A DNA stretch of 63,474 nucleotides, the filler included, from Nitrospinota bacterium (lineage in GTDB: Bacteria; JADFOP01), in assembly GCA_022562795.1 (NCBI GenBank). It is 4 parts of 4 records of this genome, joined end to end, with 100 filler letters (N's around TTAATTAATTAA, not from the genome) between each part and the next. Parts side by side here need not be neighbours in the genome. Positions count along the whole stretch, not along the records: positions 1 to 26,183 come from JADFOP010000032.1; 3 more parts are not named here. One strand, 5' to 3'. Position numbers and translations under genes: made by a program. Below are positions 8,688-18,423 of this stretch, piece after piece. The notes beneath the pieces are model-generated. The model searched no databases, was not told the origin of the DNA, and saw only the letters and a list, made by a program, of their open reading frames with translations. Positions within the stretch are counted from its first letter, which is position 1. Every line of letters begins with the position of its first letter.

Positions 8688-9806
8688 CTACGGCCTTTGG
8701 GCCAGCAGGGCTATTACTAGGCGGTGAAAGCGCCGAAGGACCTCCCAGCGGCCCTCGCCTCCTGCTTCCCCTGCGTGCGGGTCGACGTGGGCGAACAGCG
8801 GCAGGATGGAGACCGTCGGCTCGGCGCCAGCGGGGAGGGCGGCCGCCAGCCGGAGGGTCTCGGTGTGAGGGATGACGGGGTCGGGTCTTCCGTGGGCCAG
8901 AAAGAGCTTCATGGTCAGGCGCTCGGCGTAGTATCGAGGCGAGAGCGCCCGTCGGAGTCGGGCCACGACAGGACCCGCCCGCTCAAGGAGCGCCTCCACC
9001 CGCTCGGGGTCCTCGGTCGTAATAATCTCAAGTATGGCCCGGCCGCCGGGCGAAAGGCGGCCAGCCAGGATCTTCATCCTCTCGGCCCGCTCCATCGGGG
9101 GAACGGCGGCCACGCGAAGGAGGAGGGCCCGGTCTTTAGGGTCGGCCGCGATGTGACCGTTTGCGGCGAAGAACGCCCACCGGTCGGTCGTGACCAGCTC
9201 GCCTTCCAAGGACCGTCCCGCCTCCACAAGGCCTTTGACGAGCGCTGATAGGTCGTAGTAGCCCCCGAAGGCGCCGGCGAATGCGACCGTTGAGTGGAGC
9301 CGGGCGGCGGCGGCCAGGGCTGGGCCCCCACCGACGGAGATCCCCACCACCCCGACCCGTTCGGGGTCGACCGCCTCGACCATAGAGTGGATGTAGGAAA
9401 CCACGGCGGCCACGACGTCGATGTCCTCTTCGACGAGCGCTCCCCGCTTCAGGCCAGGGACCGCTGGGACGAGGACGGTGAAGCCGCCTGCCGAGAGTGT
9501 GGCGGCGAGGCGTCGCAATCGCCAATCCTCCTCGCCGGTTGCGACCATCCCATGGACGAGCACCACGCCGGAGCCGGGCGAGGCGTCCCGTGGCCGGACG
9601 AGGAGGGCCCTGGTCGCGCCATGGGGGTGAGGGATAGAGAGCGCCGAGACCTCGGGGCTCCAGCCGAGCCATGGCGTAACCGGCCGGGAGGCAGGCCTAA
9701 CGATGTCGTGCACCATAGCCCAGCCCAAAAGCCACGTACTCCGGAGCGCCGAGACGACCACGAGGACGCCTATCACCGCCGCGATAAGAAGCACAGTGCG
9801 CCGCAT
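8688..9806 (-). CDS. Membrane-anchored or exported alpha/beta-hydrolase-fold protein
   Basis: Hydrophobic N-terminus, VLVHG, GISVGG nucleophile elbow, HGRPDPVIP, FAHV. Confidence 0.7.
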   Translation of the reverse strand: MRRTVLLIAAVIGVLVVVSALRSTWLLGWAMVHDIVRPASRPVTPWLGWSPEVSALSIPHPHGATRALLVRPRDASPGSGVVLVHGMVATGEEDWRLRRLAATLSAGGFTVLVPAVPGLKRGALVEEDIDVVAAVVSYIHSMVEAVDPERVGVVGISVGGGPALAAAARLHSTVAFAGAFGGYYDLSALVKGLVEAGRSLEGELVTTDRWAFFAANGHIAADPKDRALLLRVAAVPPMERAERMKILAGRLSPGGRAILEIITTEDPERVEALLERAGPVVARLRRALSPRYYAERLTMKLFLAHGRPDPVIPHTETLRLAAALPAGAEPTVSILPLFAHVDPHAGEAGGEGRWEVLRRFHRLVIALLAQRP

Positions 9807-9870
9807 GGGTCTAATTCCTCTTCAGCGCCGTAGGATTTCTCGGCAGTCCTTCCCGCCACCTGCTTAGGGT

Positions 9871-9899
9871 TTGACACAACCACTACGGCGGATTACGAT
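9871..9899 (+). promoter_or_regulatory. Sigma70-type promoter
   Basis: TTGACA-17 nt-TACGAT upstream of the AAA ATPase gene. Confidence 0.6.
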
Positions 9900-9940
9900 G
9901 ATACCAGAGAGGCGGCGCTCTCCGTAACGAGAAACGGACC

Positions 9941-10888
9941 ATGGGTAAATACCAGATTGATAATACCTACGTCGAGAAGATTTCCAACCTCTGGCGCGGG
10001 ATGGAGCAAAAGTACGGGCCCTTGAAGGACGTGGTGGAGGTCGATCCTAATCCCACCATGACCTTCGAGTCTATCGGCGGCCTGGAGGACGCCAAGCGGG
10101 AGCTTGAGGCCTTCAGCCTGGCCCTCACAAACCCGGAGCTTCACAATAAATGGGGCACCGAGCCCTCCCTTGGCGTCATTCTCTACGGCCCTTCCGGCAC
10201 CGGCAAGTCCCTCCTGGTCAAAGCCCTGGCCAACCGCGCCCAGGCCATCGAGCTGCGCATTGTTTTACCCAACCTGATCATACAAACTATGAAAATCCCC
10301 CAGAAGTGGGAGGAGTTCCTTAAGGACCTCTACGCCCTTATGGGGGAGTTTAGACGGACGATTGTCCACCTGGACGACATCGACATGTTGGGCAGCGACT
10401 ACGAGCAGCTCTTCCAGGCAATGAAGGGGGCCATGGTTCAGCTCACCCCCTTTCTGCTGGAGATTGTCGATCGGCTCATCGCCCAAAACAACACCATCGT
10501 CGTGAGCTCCACAACCCGCCTCGATTTAATAAGGCCTCAGTTCATCAAGCCGGGCCGCTTTGAGCGGATCATCGAAGTGGCAATGCCAGACCAGGTCGCC
10601 CGCAGGGAGATCTTTCAGATCAGCCTCCGGGCCGCCGAGAAGCGGGCGGGCCGCCCCCTGGTGGGGGAGGTGGACTTTGATGCCGCCGCGCAGGCCTCTC
10701 ACGAACTCTCTGGCGACGACATCACCGAGGTGGTCCGCCGATGCTTGGAAGAGAAAGTAATTCTCGAAGGCACCGGCCAGCCGGCTCCCCCCATATTCAC
10801 CGCCGACCTGCAGAGGAGCATCACCGCGTTCCAGAGCATCAAAGACCTCGCCGGCACTATCCGCACAAATCCGTCACTCTACCTGTGA
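9941..10888 (+). CDS. Single-domain AAA+ ATPase (PAN/CDC48-like) with divergent catalytic motifs
   Basis: TFESIGGL, Walker A GPSGTGKS, Walker B VHLDDID, SRH-like PGRFER. Confidence 0.8.
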   Translation: MGKYQIDNTYVEKISNLWRGMEQKYGPLKDVVEVDPNPTMTFESIGGLEDAKRELEAFSLALTNPELHNKWGTEPSLGVILYGPSGTGKSLLVKALANRAQAIELRIVLPNLIIQTMKIPQKWEEFLKDLYALMGEFRRTIVHLDDIDMLGSDYEQLFQAMKGAMVQLTPFLLEIVDRLIAQNNTIVVSSTTRLDLIRPQFIKPGRFERIIEVAMPDQVARREIFQISLRAAEKRAGRPLVGEVDFDAAAQASHELSGDDITEVVRRCLEEKVILEGTGQPAPPIFTADLQRSITAFQSIKDLAGTIRTNPSLYL

Positions 10889-10909
10889 GGCCCGCTCAGG
10901 GGCCTTTCG

Positions 10910-10939
10910 TTGACACCCATTAGGAGGCTCGTCTATACT
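10910..10939 (+). promoter_or_regulatory. Sigma70-type promoter
   Basis: TTGACA-18 nt-TATACT. Confidence 0.6.
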
Positions 10940-11016
10940 GGGGTCGGGACCTTGGGCCGGCAAGCCAATCACCCTTCCGCCCGACCCACCAGGGTATCGA
11001 TGTTTTGGGGATTGCC

Positions 11017-12333
11017 ATGGCTGTGGTGCGGCCCTTTCGGGGCATCATTTACAATCCCGAGCTCATTCACGACTTAAAAAACGTCGTCGCCCCGCCCTAC
11101 GATGTTATCCCTGAGAGCGACTTCAAGCTCTATTATCGTCGTCACGGACATAACGTCGTCCACCTTATTTTGGGCAAGGTCTACCCCTTCGACACGCCGG
11201 GCCGTAATCGTTACACACGGGCTGGTGAGTATTTTCACAGCTGGCTTAGTGACGGCGTCCTGCTAAGAGACCGGGAGCCCGGCTTTTACGCCTACAGCCA
11301 GACCTTCACCTATAAGGATCAACCGACTCGCCACCGGGTCGGGCTTATGGCGCTCGTTAAGCTTGCCCGCTATGACGAGCGGATCATTCTCCCTCACGAG
11401 GAGACCTTCCCCAAGCCGAAGGAGCACCTGAAGGCCCTGCGGCGGGCCTGCAAGGCCCACCTCTCGCCCGTCTTTGCCGTATTTTCCGACCCCGCCCGGG
11501 AGGTCGACGCCCTCATCGACCCAGGGGAGCGCCCCCCCATTATGGACGTCAAGGACGCCCACGGCGACCGCCACTGTGTGTGGAGGATTACCTCCCCCAA
11601 GGTCTGCCAACGCATCCAGGAGCTCATGGAGGACAAGCAGATTATCATTGTCGACGGCCACCACCGGTATGAGACGACCCTTGAGTTGAGGGATGAGTTC
11701 TGCGCGGAGGACCCCGATGGAGCGGCCAGTGGCGCGTACGACTACGTGCTGATGTTTCTCGCCAACTCCCATGACGAGGGGCTGACCATCTTTCCGACCC
11801 ACCGGCTATGCGCAGGGATCAAGGACTTCCAGGTGGAGGACTTCTTGGCCCGTGCCCGGGAGGTGTTCACGGTAGAGCCGATCGAGGCGGCCGACCCGAC
11901 TGAAGCCTCCAACGCCCTCGCCCAAGCCATGGCCGAACGGGGCAAAACGACGGCCGCCTTCGGCATATGCATCGCCCCGGGCCGGCTCTATCTGACGACG
12001 CTCGCCGACCACGGTCCGATCGATGAGCTGTCCGACCCCGAACTTCCCGAGGCTTACAGGCGCCTCGATGTCCACATCCTCCACACCTACCTAATCGACG
12101 ACTGCCTGGGCATTCCCAAGGAGCGCTACTACGAGCACATCTCCTACACGCGAAACGACGCCGAGGTCGTCGAGGCTGTCACGGGAGGCCAGGCCCAGGT
12201 GGGTTTCTTCATGAACCCAACCAAGATGGCCCAGGTTGAGGAGGTCGCGCGCCTGGGCTTGCGGATGCCGCAAAAGTCGACCTACTTCTACCCGAAGCTA
12301 CTGACCGGCCTCGTCATCAACCAATTTGGGTAA
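11017..12333 (+). CDS. DUF1015 family protein
   Basis: PFRG, APPYDVI, ILPHEET, DGHHRY, PTHR, MPQKSTYFYPKLLTGLV. Confidence 0.9.
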   Translation: MAVVRPFRGIIYNPELIHDLKNVVAPPYDVIPESDFKLYYRRHGHNVVHLILGKVYPFDTPGRNRYTRAGEYFHSWLSDGVLLRDREPGFYAYSQTFTYKDQPTRHRVGLMALVKLARYDERIILPHEETFPKPKEHLKALRRACKAHLSPVFAVFSDPAREVDALIDPGERPPIMDVKDAHGDRHCVWRITSPKVCQRIQELMEDKQIIIVDGHHRYETTLELRDEFCAEDPDGAASGAYDYVLMFLANSHDEGLTIFPTHRLCAGIKDFQVEDFLARAREVFTVEPIEAADPTEASNALAQAMAERGKTTAAFGICIAPGRLYLTTLADHGPIDELSDPELPEAYRRLDVHILHTYLIDDCLGIPKERYYEHISYTRNDAEVVEAVTGGQAQVGFFMNPTKMAQVEEVARLGLRMPQKSTYFYPKLLTGLVINQFG

Positions 12334-12339
12334 GGGCGG

Positions 12340-12930
12340 ATGCGCGTCACTCTAGCCGAGTTCGTTACCTCCGCCGCCCGGCCCTCCCAGGTACCGCCTC
12401 CCTCTCTGCCCGAGGTGGCCTTCGCCGGCCGAAGCAATGTGGGTAAATCCTCGCTCATCAACACTCTCGTTATGCGCAAGCGCCTGGTGAAGACGAGCTC
12501 GACGCCGGGCAAGACACGTATGCTCAACTTCTTCGTGGTCAACGGCCGGTATGGATTCGTGGACCTGCCCGGATACGGCTACGCCCGGGCTCCCAAAGGC
12601 GAGAGGGCGGGATGGGGCTCCCTGGTGGAGGCCTACCTCAAGAAGCGTCCGACCCTACGGGCCATAGTCCTCATCATGGACCTCCGCCACGAGCCGTCCG
12701 ACAAGGATCACCAGATGGTCGAGTGGCTCGCCCACCAAAAACTCCACGCGATCCTCGTGGCCACCAAAGCAGACAAGCTAGGGCGAAGCCGCAGGATGGA
12801 ACAACGCAAGCGAATGGCCGAGGCCCTGGAGGTCGAGCCCGACCGGATAGTCCTCTTTTCAGCTAAGAGCCGCCTTGGCCGCCCTGAGCTCTGGCGAGCC
12901 ATTCGCGCAGCTTGCCAAGAGGAGGTCTGA
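12340..12930 (+). CDS. engB: Ribosome biogenesis GTPase YihA/EngB
   Basis: GRSNVGKSSLIN, STPGKT, DLPGYGYA, TKADK. Confidence 0.95.
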   Translation: MRVTLAEFVTSAARPSQVPPPSLPEVAFAGRSNVGKSSLINTLVMRKRLVKTSSTPGKTRMLNFFVVNGRYGFVDLPGYGYARAPKGERAGWGSLVEAYLKKRPTLRAIVLIMDLRHEPSDKDHQMVEWLAHQKLHAILVATKADKLGRSRRMEQRKRMAEALEVEPDRIVLFSAKSRLGRPELWRAIRAACQEEV

Positions 12931-13012
12931 GCGACGCCGGCTTACCCGTCGCCCTAGGGCTCGCCGGGCGGAGTATGATGACGGAATTCCTGTTATAAAG
13001 GAGTGTCTAACA

Positions 13013-13198
13013 ATGCCCATCTTCCAAGTCGATCTTGTCTGCCAGGTCTGCGGAGCCTCGTGGAAGGCGGAGGTCGAAGGCGACGACGAAGGGGACGCCC
13101 TCTTTAGATGTATCGCCGAGGCCAGCAAAAAGCGATGCACGTCGTGCACGAGCCTCGGCCAGTTCGAGCTCCAGCGCTCTAGTCCGAAAGAGCAGTGA
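13013..13198 (+). CDS. Small putative zinc-ribbon protein (61 aa)
   Basis: AAGGAG RBS; MPIFQVDLVCQVCG...KRCTSC (two CxxC pairs). Confidence 0.65.
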   Translation: MPIFQVDLVCQVCGASWKAEVEGDDEGDALFRCIAEASKKRCTSCTSLGQFELQRSSPKEQ

Positions 13199-13472
13199 GG
13201 GCGTGGAGGATGGACGGCCTAAACTGCTTCTGGGGGGTCCGAGTCACCCGCAGATGTGGGGCGCAGGTCCGAGCAGGGCATATCAGCGCATTTTTCCATC
13301 GAGCCCTGGGAGGAGAAAATCCTTGCACGGGACCCGGTGAGCACCTACAATAACGGCTAGGCTGTGGCTTGAAGGCGGGTGGATTTCCAGGGTCAACGCT
13401 ATGTCTCCGTTACCAGGCCGGCCTGTCTCTTTAAATGGGAGTTCCGCCGCCTGCTCTAGGACGAATGGTTTC

Positions 13473-14384
13473 ATGAGAGGACTTTTAAAACTACCGCCGA
13501 ATCGGATCGTCTTCCCATCCTGGCTTGGGAGTGTTGGTCTATTGGCGGCCCTTGTGCTCATCGTTAGCTGCGGGGGCCGTAGGGCTGTCAAGCGCACAGA
13601 TGCTTCCAAGCGACAGGGGCCCGTCCAGATACAGGAAGTCCGGCCGCCCTCGCCATTAGAGACGCTCGAATCCAAGGTCCGCGACCTGGATAAGCGGCAG
13701 CGCACCCTCGCGCAGAGGCGGGCGGAGGTTGAGAGGGATTTCGCCAAGCTGAGCCAATCTCAATGGGAACTGATCAGCCTGCGGGATGAAGTGCTGGCGG
13801 CTCAGCGGGAGGCGGCCGAGAGGGCCGCCTCTCAAAGAGCGGTGGGGGCCGAGGCCCTCGGGCAGCGGCGGGTCGCAAAAGCCACGGTAGCCAGGCCGCC
13901 CACCCCGGGCGGCCCCGGCGCGAAGCCCTTCGTCGTGCACACATCCTCGTACCGGACCGCCTGGAAGGCACTCAACGACTCCAGACGGCTCGCCAACGGT
14001 GGGTACATGGCCTACTCGTCCAAGGCCGACCTGGGGCCCAAGGGGATCTGGTACAGGGTGCTGGTGGACCGTTTCACCTCCGTTGGAGAGGCTCGCTCCT
14101 TTGCCCGTCGCCTCAAGGAGCGCAACAAGCTCTCCTACGCCGCTCCGATGCGCCTCCCCTACGCCGTGGCCCTGGAAGCCTACCCCTCCATGGAGGAGGC
14201 AAGGGAAGCCAAAGCCGACCTGGAGCGCAAGGGCCTCCACCCCTACGTTGTGAAAGAGACCAACCCCGGCGGCTCTACCCTCTATCGGCTCAGGATCGGA
14301 GCCTTCAAGAAGCGGAGCGAGGCCGAAGCCGCCGCCGAGCGTGCGGAGCAAGCCGGGGCCGCCTCGGCAGTCGTAAAACCCTAG
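13473..14384 (+). CDS. SPOR domain (lipo)protein with coiled coil
   Basis: Hydrophobic stretch ending IVSC; two SPOR-like repeats (WYRVLVDRF, LYRLRIGAF); start uncertain. Confidence 0.75.
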   Translation: MRGLLKLPPNRIVFPSWLGSVGLLAALVLIVSCGGRRAVKRTDASKRQGPVQIQEVRPPSPLETLESKVRDLDKRQRTLAQRRAEVERDFAKLSQSQWELISLRDEVLAAQREAAERAASQRAVGAEALGQRRVAKATVARPPTPGGPGAKPFVVHTSSYRTAWKALNDSRRLANGGYMAYSSKADLGPKGIWYRVLVDRFTSVGEARSFARRLKERNKLSYAAPMRLPYAVALEAYPSMEEAREAKADLERKGLHPYVVKETNPGGSTLYRLRIGAFKKRSEAEAAAERAEQAGAASAVVKP

Positions 14385-16789
14385 CCTACCTCTATCAACT
14401 CCACCTTCTCCGCCCATTGGCGCTGGAACGCCCGCTTAATCGCCTGGTGATCGCGGCGCTCCAGGGCCGGGTCGTCGGCAAGGCAGTCGAACGCCGCCCG
14501 GCGGGCCTGCTCCAGCACCTTTTGGTCCCTAACCAGGTTGGCGAACCTGAGCTCCGGCAGCCCCGACTGGCGGGTCCCGACCAGCTCTCCCGGCCCTCGA
14601 AGCTCCAGGTCCTTCTCGGCGATGACGAACCCGTCGGTGGTGCGCGCCATTACGGCGAGGCGGGCTCGCGCGTCGTCGGTCATCGGGTAGTGGGCCACCA
14701 GCAGGCAGTAAGAAGGGTAGGGTCCTCGGCCCACGCGACCCCGGAGCTGATGGAGCTGAGATAAGCCGAAGCGCTCGGCGTGCTCGATGAGCATGACCGA
14801 GGCGTTGGGCTGGTCAACCCCGACCTCGATTACGGTCGTACAGACGAGCGCCGAGGTCTCTCCGGCGGCGAACCTCCGCATTACCGAGTCCTTCTCCTCG
14901 GATTTCATCCTTCCGTGGAGGAGGTCGACGGCGACGTCGGCGAATGGCCCTACCTTAAGCTCCTCGTACATAGCCGTTGCGGCCTGGAGATCAAGCTTCT
15001 CGCTCTCTTCGACCAGAGGGCAGACGATGAAGGCCTGGCGCCCGGCGGCGATCTCCCGCCGGACGATGGCGTGGGCCTCGGCCCGGCGGCCCTCGCTGAC
15101 CACGCGGGTTTCCAGCGGGCCCCGGCCCGCCGGGAGCTCGTCGATGACAGAGCAGTCGAGGTCGCCGTAGACGGTGAGGGCCATGGTCCGAGGGATGGGG
15201 GTAGCGGTCATGACTAGGACGTCCGGGGCGTAGCCCTTCTGGCGTAGGGTCGCCCGCTGGAGTACGCCGAAGCGATGTTGCTCGTCAATGATGGCTAGAC
15301 CCAGATCGGCGAAGGCCACCCCCTCCTGGACGAGGGCGTGGGTCCCCACCACGAGTTGGAGGCTGCCGTCGGCAGCCCGATCGAGCAGGCTGTTGCGCTT
15401 GGAGCCTTTGACGGCGCTGGTGAGCATCTCCATCCGTACCCCAAGGGGCTCGACGAGTCGGCGGAGCGTCCTGGTGTGCTGTTCGGCGAGAATCTCGGTG
15501 GGCACCATGAAGGCCACCTGTCGGCCGCGCTCCAAGACTGTGCAGGCGACGGCGAGGGCCACCACGGTCTTGCCGCATCCCACGTCTCCTTGCAGGAGCC
15601 GGTTCATGGGGTGGGGTCCGCTCATGTCGGCGTCGATCTCCTCGAGGACCCGCCGCTGGGCCGCCGTCAGGCTGAATGGGAGGCTCTCCAGCAGCCGGCG
15701 CCTGAGAGTGCTTTGGCCCGTGTAGATAACCGGCCGGGCCTCGGCCCGGGTGGCCTCCCGCCGGCGGGCCAGGCCTAGCGCGAGCAGAAAAAGCTCCTGG
15801 AAGACTACCCTCCGGTGGGCCGGGTGGGTGCCGTTGTTCAAGGCCTCGACATCCTCCTCATCTCCCGGGAGATGGAGGGTCTTTAAGGCATCGGAGATAA
15901 GCGGCAGGGCGTGCTCCCGTCGCGTGTGGCTGGAGAAGATCTCCTCCACCTGGTCGGCGTAGCCCTCCACCACGTTGTCCATGATGGAGCGCAGGACCTT
16001 GGCCGAAAGCCCCTCGGTGGCCGAGTACTTGGGAATGAGGCGGCCGCCGTGGAGCCACTCCGAGGCATCGTCGCCTTCTTCGAGAAGCTCGATATCGGGG
16101 TGGTGGAGCGCCTTCTGGAGCCTGTAGGTCTCCACTCGTCCACTCACCACGACCCGCCGGCCCGGACGAAAGCGGCCCGCAAAGTACGCCTCTCGGAAGC
16201 GGAACCACTTGCATGCGATCCGGCCTGTCTCATCCCCGACAATAATCTGGTAGATGCGGCCGCGACGGGTGCGGCTGGTCCCGGCGGTGAAGATCTCGCC
16301 GACGAAAGTCTCCAGGGCGCCCGCCTCCAGGTCGCCGATGGGCTTCCTCGCCCGGCGGTCCTCGTATGCGTAAGGTAGAAAGAAAAGGGCGTCTTCAACC
16401 GTGGCGATGCCCTTTTTGAGCAAGAGGGCGGCCCGGCGGGGTCCCACCCCTTTGATGTATTGAATGGAGAGGCTGTCGAGGGGCTGGGCGGGGGGTCGCT
16501 CGGCGGGCTCGAGGGCGAGGGACTCGTTAAGCGCGCCGAGGAACCTGCGGGCTTCGGCCACTCTCTCTCTCCTCTCTTCGAGGCTGAGTGTGTCGAAGCC
16601 GGCGAAGGCTGAGGCGAGCGCCTCCATAGGACGGAGCATGTTGGCGGGCGTACTTGAAGCCTTAAGAGCCTGGAGGCGTGCCGTCACGTGGGCTTCGGCG
16701 CCCCTCCAGGCGGCCAGGATAGCGTCATTTTCCGCGGCCGACTCAATGGGGGCGGCGAGGGCGTGGAGTATCTCCTCGGGGGTGGTCAT
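14381..16789 (-). CDS. recG: ATP-dependent DNA helicase RecG
   Basis: MNRLLQGDVGCGKT, IIDEQHRFGV, MTATPIPRT, QLHQLRGRVGRG, DLELRGPGE. Confidence 0.97.
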   Translation of the reverse strand: MTTPEEILHALAAPIESAAENDAILAAWRGAEAHVTARLQALKASSTPANMLRPMEALASAFAGFDTLSLEERRERVAEARRFLGALNESLALEPAERPPAQPLDSLSIQYIKGVGPRRAALLLKKGIATVEDALFFLPYAYEDRRARKPIGDLEAGALETFVGEIFTAGTSRTRRGRIYQIIVGDETGRIACKWFRFREAYFAGRFRPGRRVVVSGRVETYRLQKALHHPDIELLEEGDDASEWLHGGRLIPKYSATEGLSAKVLRSIMDNVVEGYADQVEEIFSSHTRREHALPLISDALKTLHLPGDEEDVEALNNGTHPAHRRVVFQELFLLALGLARRREATRAEARPVIYTGQSTLRRRLLESLPFSLTAAQRRVLEEIDADMSGPHPMNRLLQGDVGCGKTVVALAVACTVLERGRQVAFMVPTEILAEQHTRTLRRLVEPLGVRMEMLTSAVKGSKRNSLLDRAADGSLQLVVGTHALVQEGVAFADLGLAIIDEQHRFGVLQRATLRQKGYAPDVLVMTATPIPRTMALTVYGDLDCSVIDELPAGRGPLETRVVSEGRRAEAHAIVRREIAAGRQAFIVCPLVEESEKLDLQAATAMYEELKVGPFADVAVDLLHGRMKSEEKDSVMRRFAAGETSALVCTTVIEVGVDQPNASVMLIEHAERFGLSQLHQLRGRVGRGPYPSYCLLVAHYPMTDDARARLAVMARTTDGFVIAEKDLELRGPGELVGTRQSGLPELRFANLVRDQKVLEQARRAAFDCLADDPALERRDHQAIKRAFQRQWAEKVELIEVG

Positions 16790-16925
16790 GGCCCGCTCCG
16801 TAGGAGGCGTTGGTCCATGCTACCTTAGTCCCGGCGGCGGAGTCAACGCGGGGCTTGTCGGATGGATTCCTCTCGGGTGGTTGCGCCAGCGCGGCCCCTA
16901 GATCGGGAGCATGAAGGGTCTAACG

Positions 16926-16956
16926 AAAAATCCCCCTGCCCAAGGCAGGGGGATTT
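16926..16956 (-). terminator. Rho-independent terminator
   Basis: ATCCCCCTGCC / GGCAGGGGGAT stem followed by a T-run on the minus strand. Confidence 0.8.
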
Positions 16957-16982
16957 CATGCAGGTTCGAGACGGGAGGACCC

Positions 16983-17255
16983 TCAGGCCACGTCCTCCAC
17001 GGATGCGCGTTGCCTTGAGGCCCGCCTAATCTTTACCTTCGATGCCCTCTCCTGGAAGCGCCGAGCCTCTTCCAACTCATCCTCCAGTTCTTCAATGAGA
17101 TCGGCCACACTGTCCTTGAGAACCGCCACAAGCTGGCGCTCGGTCCGAGCATCGAGAAGCGCGATCTCAATAGCTGAATTGAGGGAGATGGAGTCGTATT
17201 CGACCTCCTTGAGAAGGCCTACGAGGCCCCGATTTCTCAGGTCTTCTTTTCGCAT
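16983..17255 (-). CDS. Hypothetical acidic/helical protein
   Basis: AAGGAG RBS before MRKEDL; own terminator downstream; no family recognised. Confidence 0.6.
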   Translation of the reverse strand: MRKEDLRNRGLVGLLKEVEYDSISLNSAIEIALLDARTERQLVAVLKDSVADLIEELEDELEEARRFQERASKVKIRRASRQRASVEDVA

Positions 17256-17491
17256 TTCCCGCTCCTTCGGGCTGTCCCCTTGAACCTTCATGATTTTCCT
17301 GATTGCGGACGCCCTTATATACGTCCTTTAGACCCTGTGGATAGCCGAAAAGTTCATTCCCTTCTTATCGTTAAATATAGGAGGAATTTAGAGGAATTTC
17401 AACGAGATGGGCATCTCATACCAGGCAAAACGCATTGGTTTTATAGGGGATTTGTGGTATAAAGTTTTTTCCGCCGACGAGGAGGGCTATT

Positions 17492-18301
17492 ATGCCCGTT
17501 ATCACGGTCGCCGCCGTCCAGCAGACCAGCACCGAGGAGGTCTCTAGAAACCTGGAGGTGAGCGAGCGCCTTATCCGTGAGTCAGCCGCCGCCGGGGCCT
17601 CGTTCGTCGCCCTACCTGAGAACTTCGCCTACATGAAGGTCGAGGGGGAGGTGGCGGCCTTCTCCACAACTATCGAGGGCGAGGTCGTGGCCCGGATGAG
17701 CGAGCTCGCCCGCGAGCTCGCCATAACCCTGCTTTTGGGCTCCATCCCCGAGGCCGTCCCAGGGAGCGATAAGACCTACAACACCTCGGTGCTCGTCGGC
17801 CCCGACGGTGAGACGCTCGCCGTCTACCGCAAGGTTCACCTCTTCGACGTCGAGGTCCCGGGGGTCGTGGAGCTCAAGGAATCCAACGCGGTGGAGGCGG
17901 GCAGAGAGGTGGTCACGGCCAAGACGCCCGTCGGCGTGGTGGGCCTTTCGGTCTGCTACGACCTGCGCTTTCCGGAGCTCTACCGCCGCCTCGTCCAGGC
18001 CGGCTCGGAGCTGCTCGCCGTGCCCAGCGCCTTCATCCCCCACACGGGCAAGGACCACTGGGAGGTCCTCCTTCGGGCCAGGGCCATCGAGAACCAGGCC
18101 TACGTCATCGCCCCGGCCCAGTACGGCCGCCACTCCGAGAGGCGGCAGAGCTACGGCCGGAGCCTTATCGTCGACCCGTGGGGGCTGATTTTGGCCCAGG
18201 CTCCCGACGGGGAGGGATTCATCACCGCCGAGGTTGACCTCGCCCACCTGAAAACCATCCGCAGAAACCTCCCCTGCCTGGAGCACATCCGGTTGTTGTA
18301 G
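17492..18301 (+). CDS. Carbon-nitrogen hydrolase (Nit1/deaminated glutathione amidase-like)
   Basis: LPEN, YRKVHLFD, VCYDLRFPE, RARAIENQ. Confidence 0.92.
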   Translation: MPVITVAAVQQTSTEEVSRNLEVSERLIRESAAAGASFVALPENFAYMKVEGEVAAFSTTIEGEVVARMSELARELAITLLLGSIPEAVPGSDKTYNTSVLVGPDGETLAVYRKVHLFDVEVPGVVELKESNAVEAGREVVTAKTPVGVVGLSVCYDLRFPELYRRLVQAGSELLAVPSAFIPHTGKDHWEVLLRARAIENQAYVIAPAQYGRHSERRQSYGRSLIVDPWGLILAQAPDGEGFITAEVDLAHLKTIRRNLPCLEHIRLL

Positions 18302-18423
18302 ATACGCCGCGCCTTAGTCCGGAATTAATCACCCAAAGGGTTTACCAGTTATAATGATGATATACAGGTCAATGCGGTGAGAGGACTCGACCTGGTGGGA
18401 TGCCAGGGCGATGGGAGAGGTCG

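Noticed and set aside
13196-13225. Further Sec readthrough at other TGA stops (zinc-ribbon microprotein, moaA, AAA ATPase)
   Set aside because: The TGAs fall at natural C-termini, with no redox motif or family similarity beyond them.
17360-17395. Sigma28-like promoter (TAAA...AACGATAA, minus strand)
   Set aside because: Spacing is one base short and the -10 is imperfect; no supporting flagellar context.
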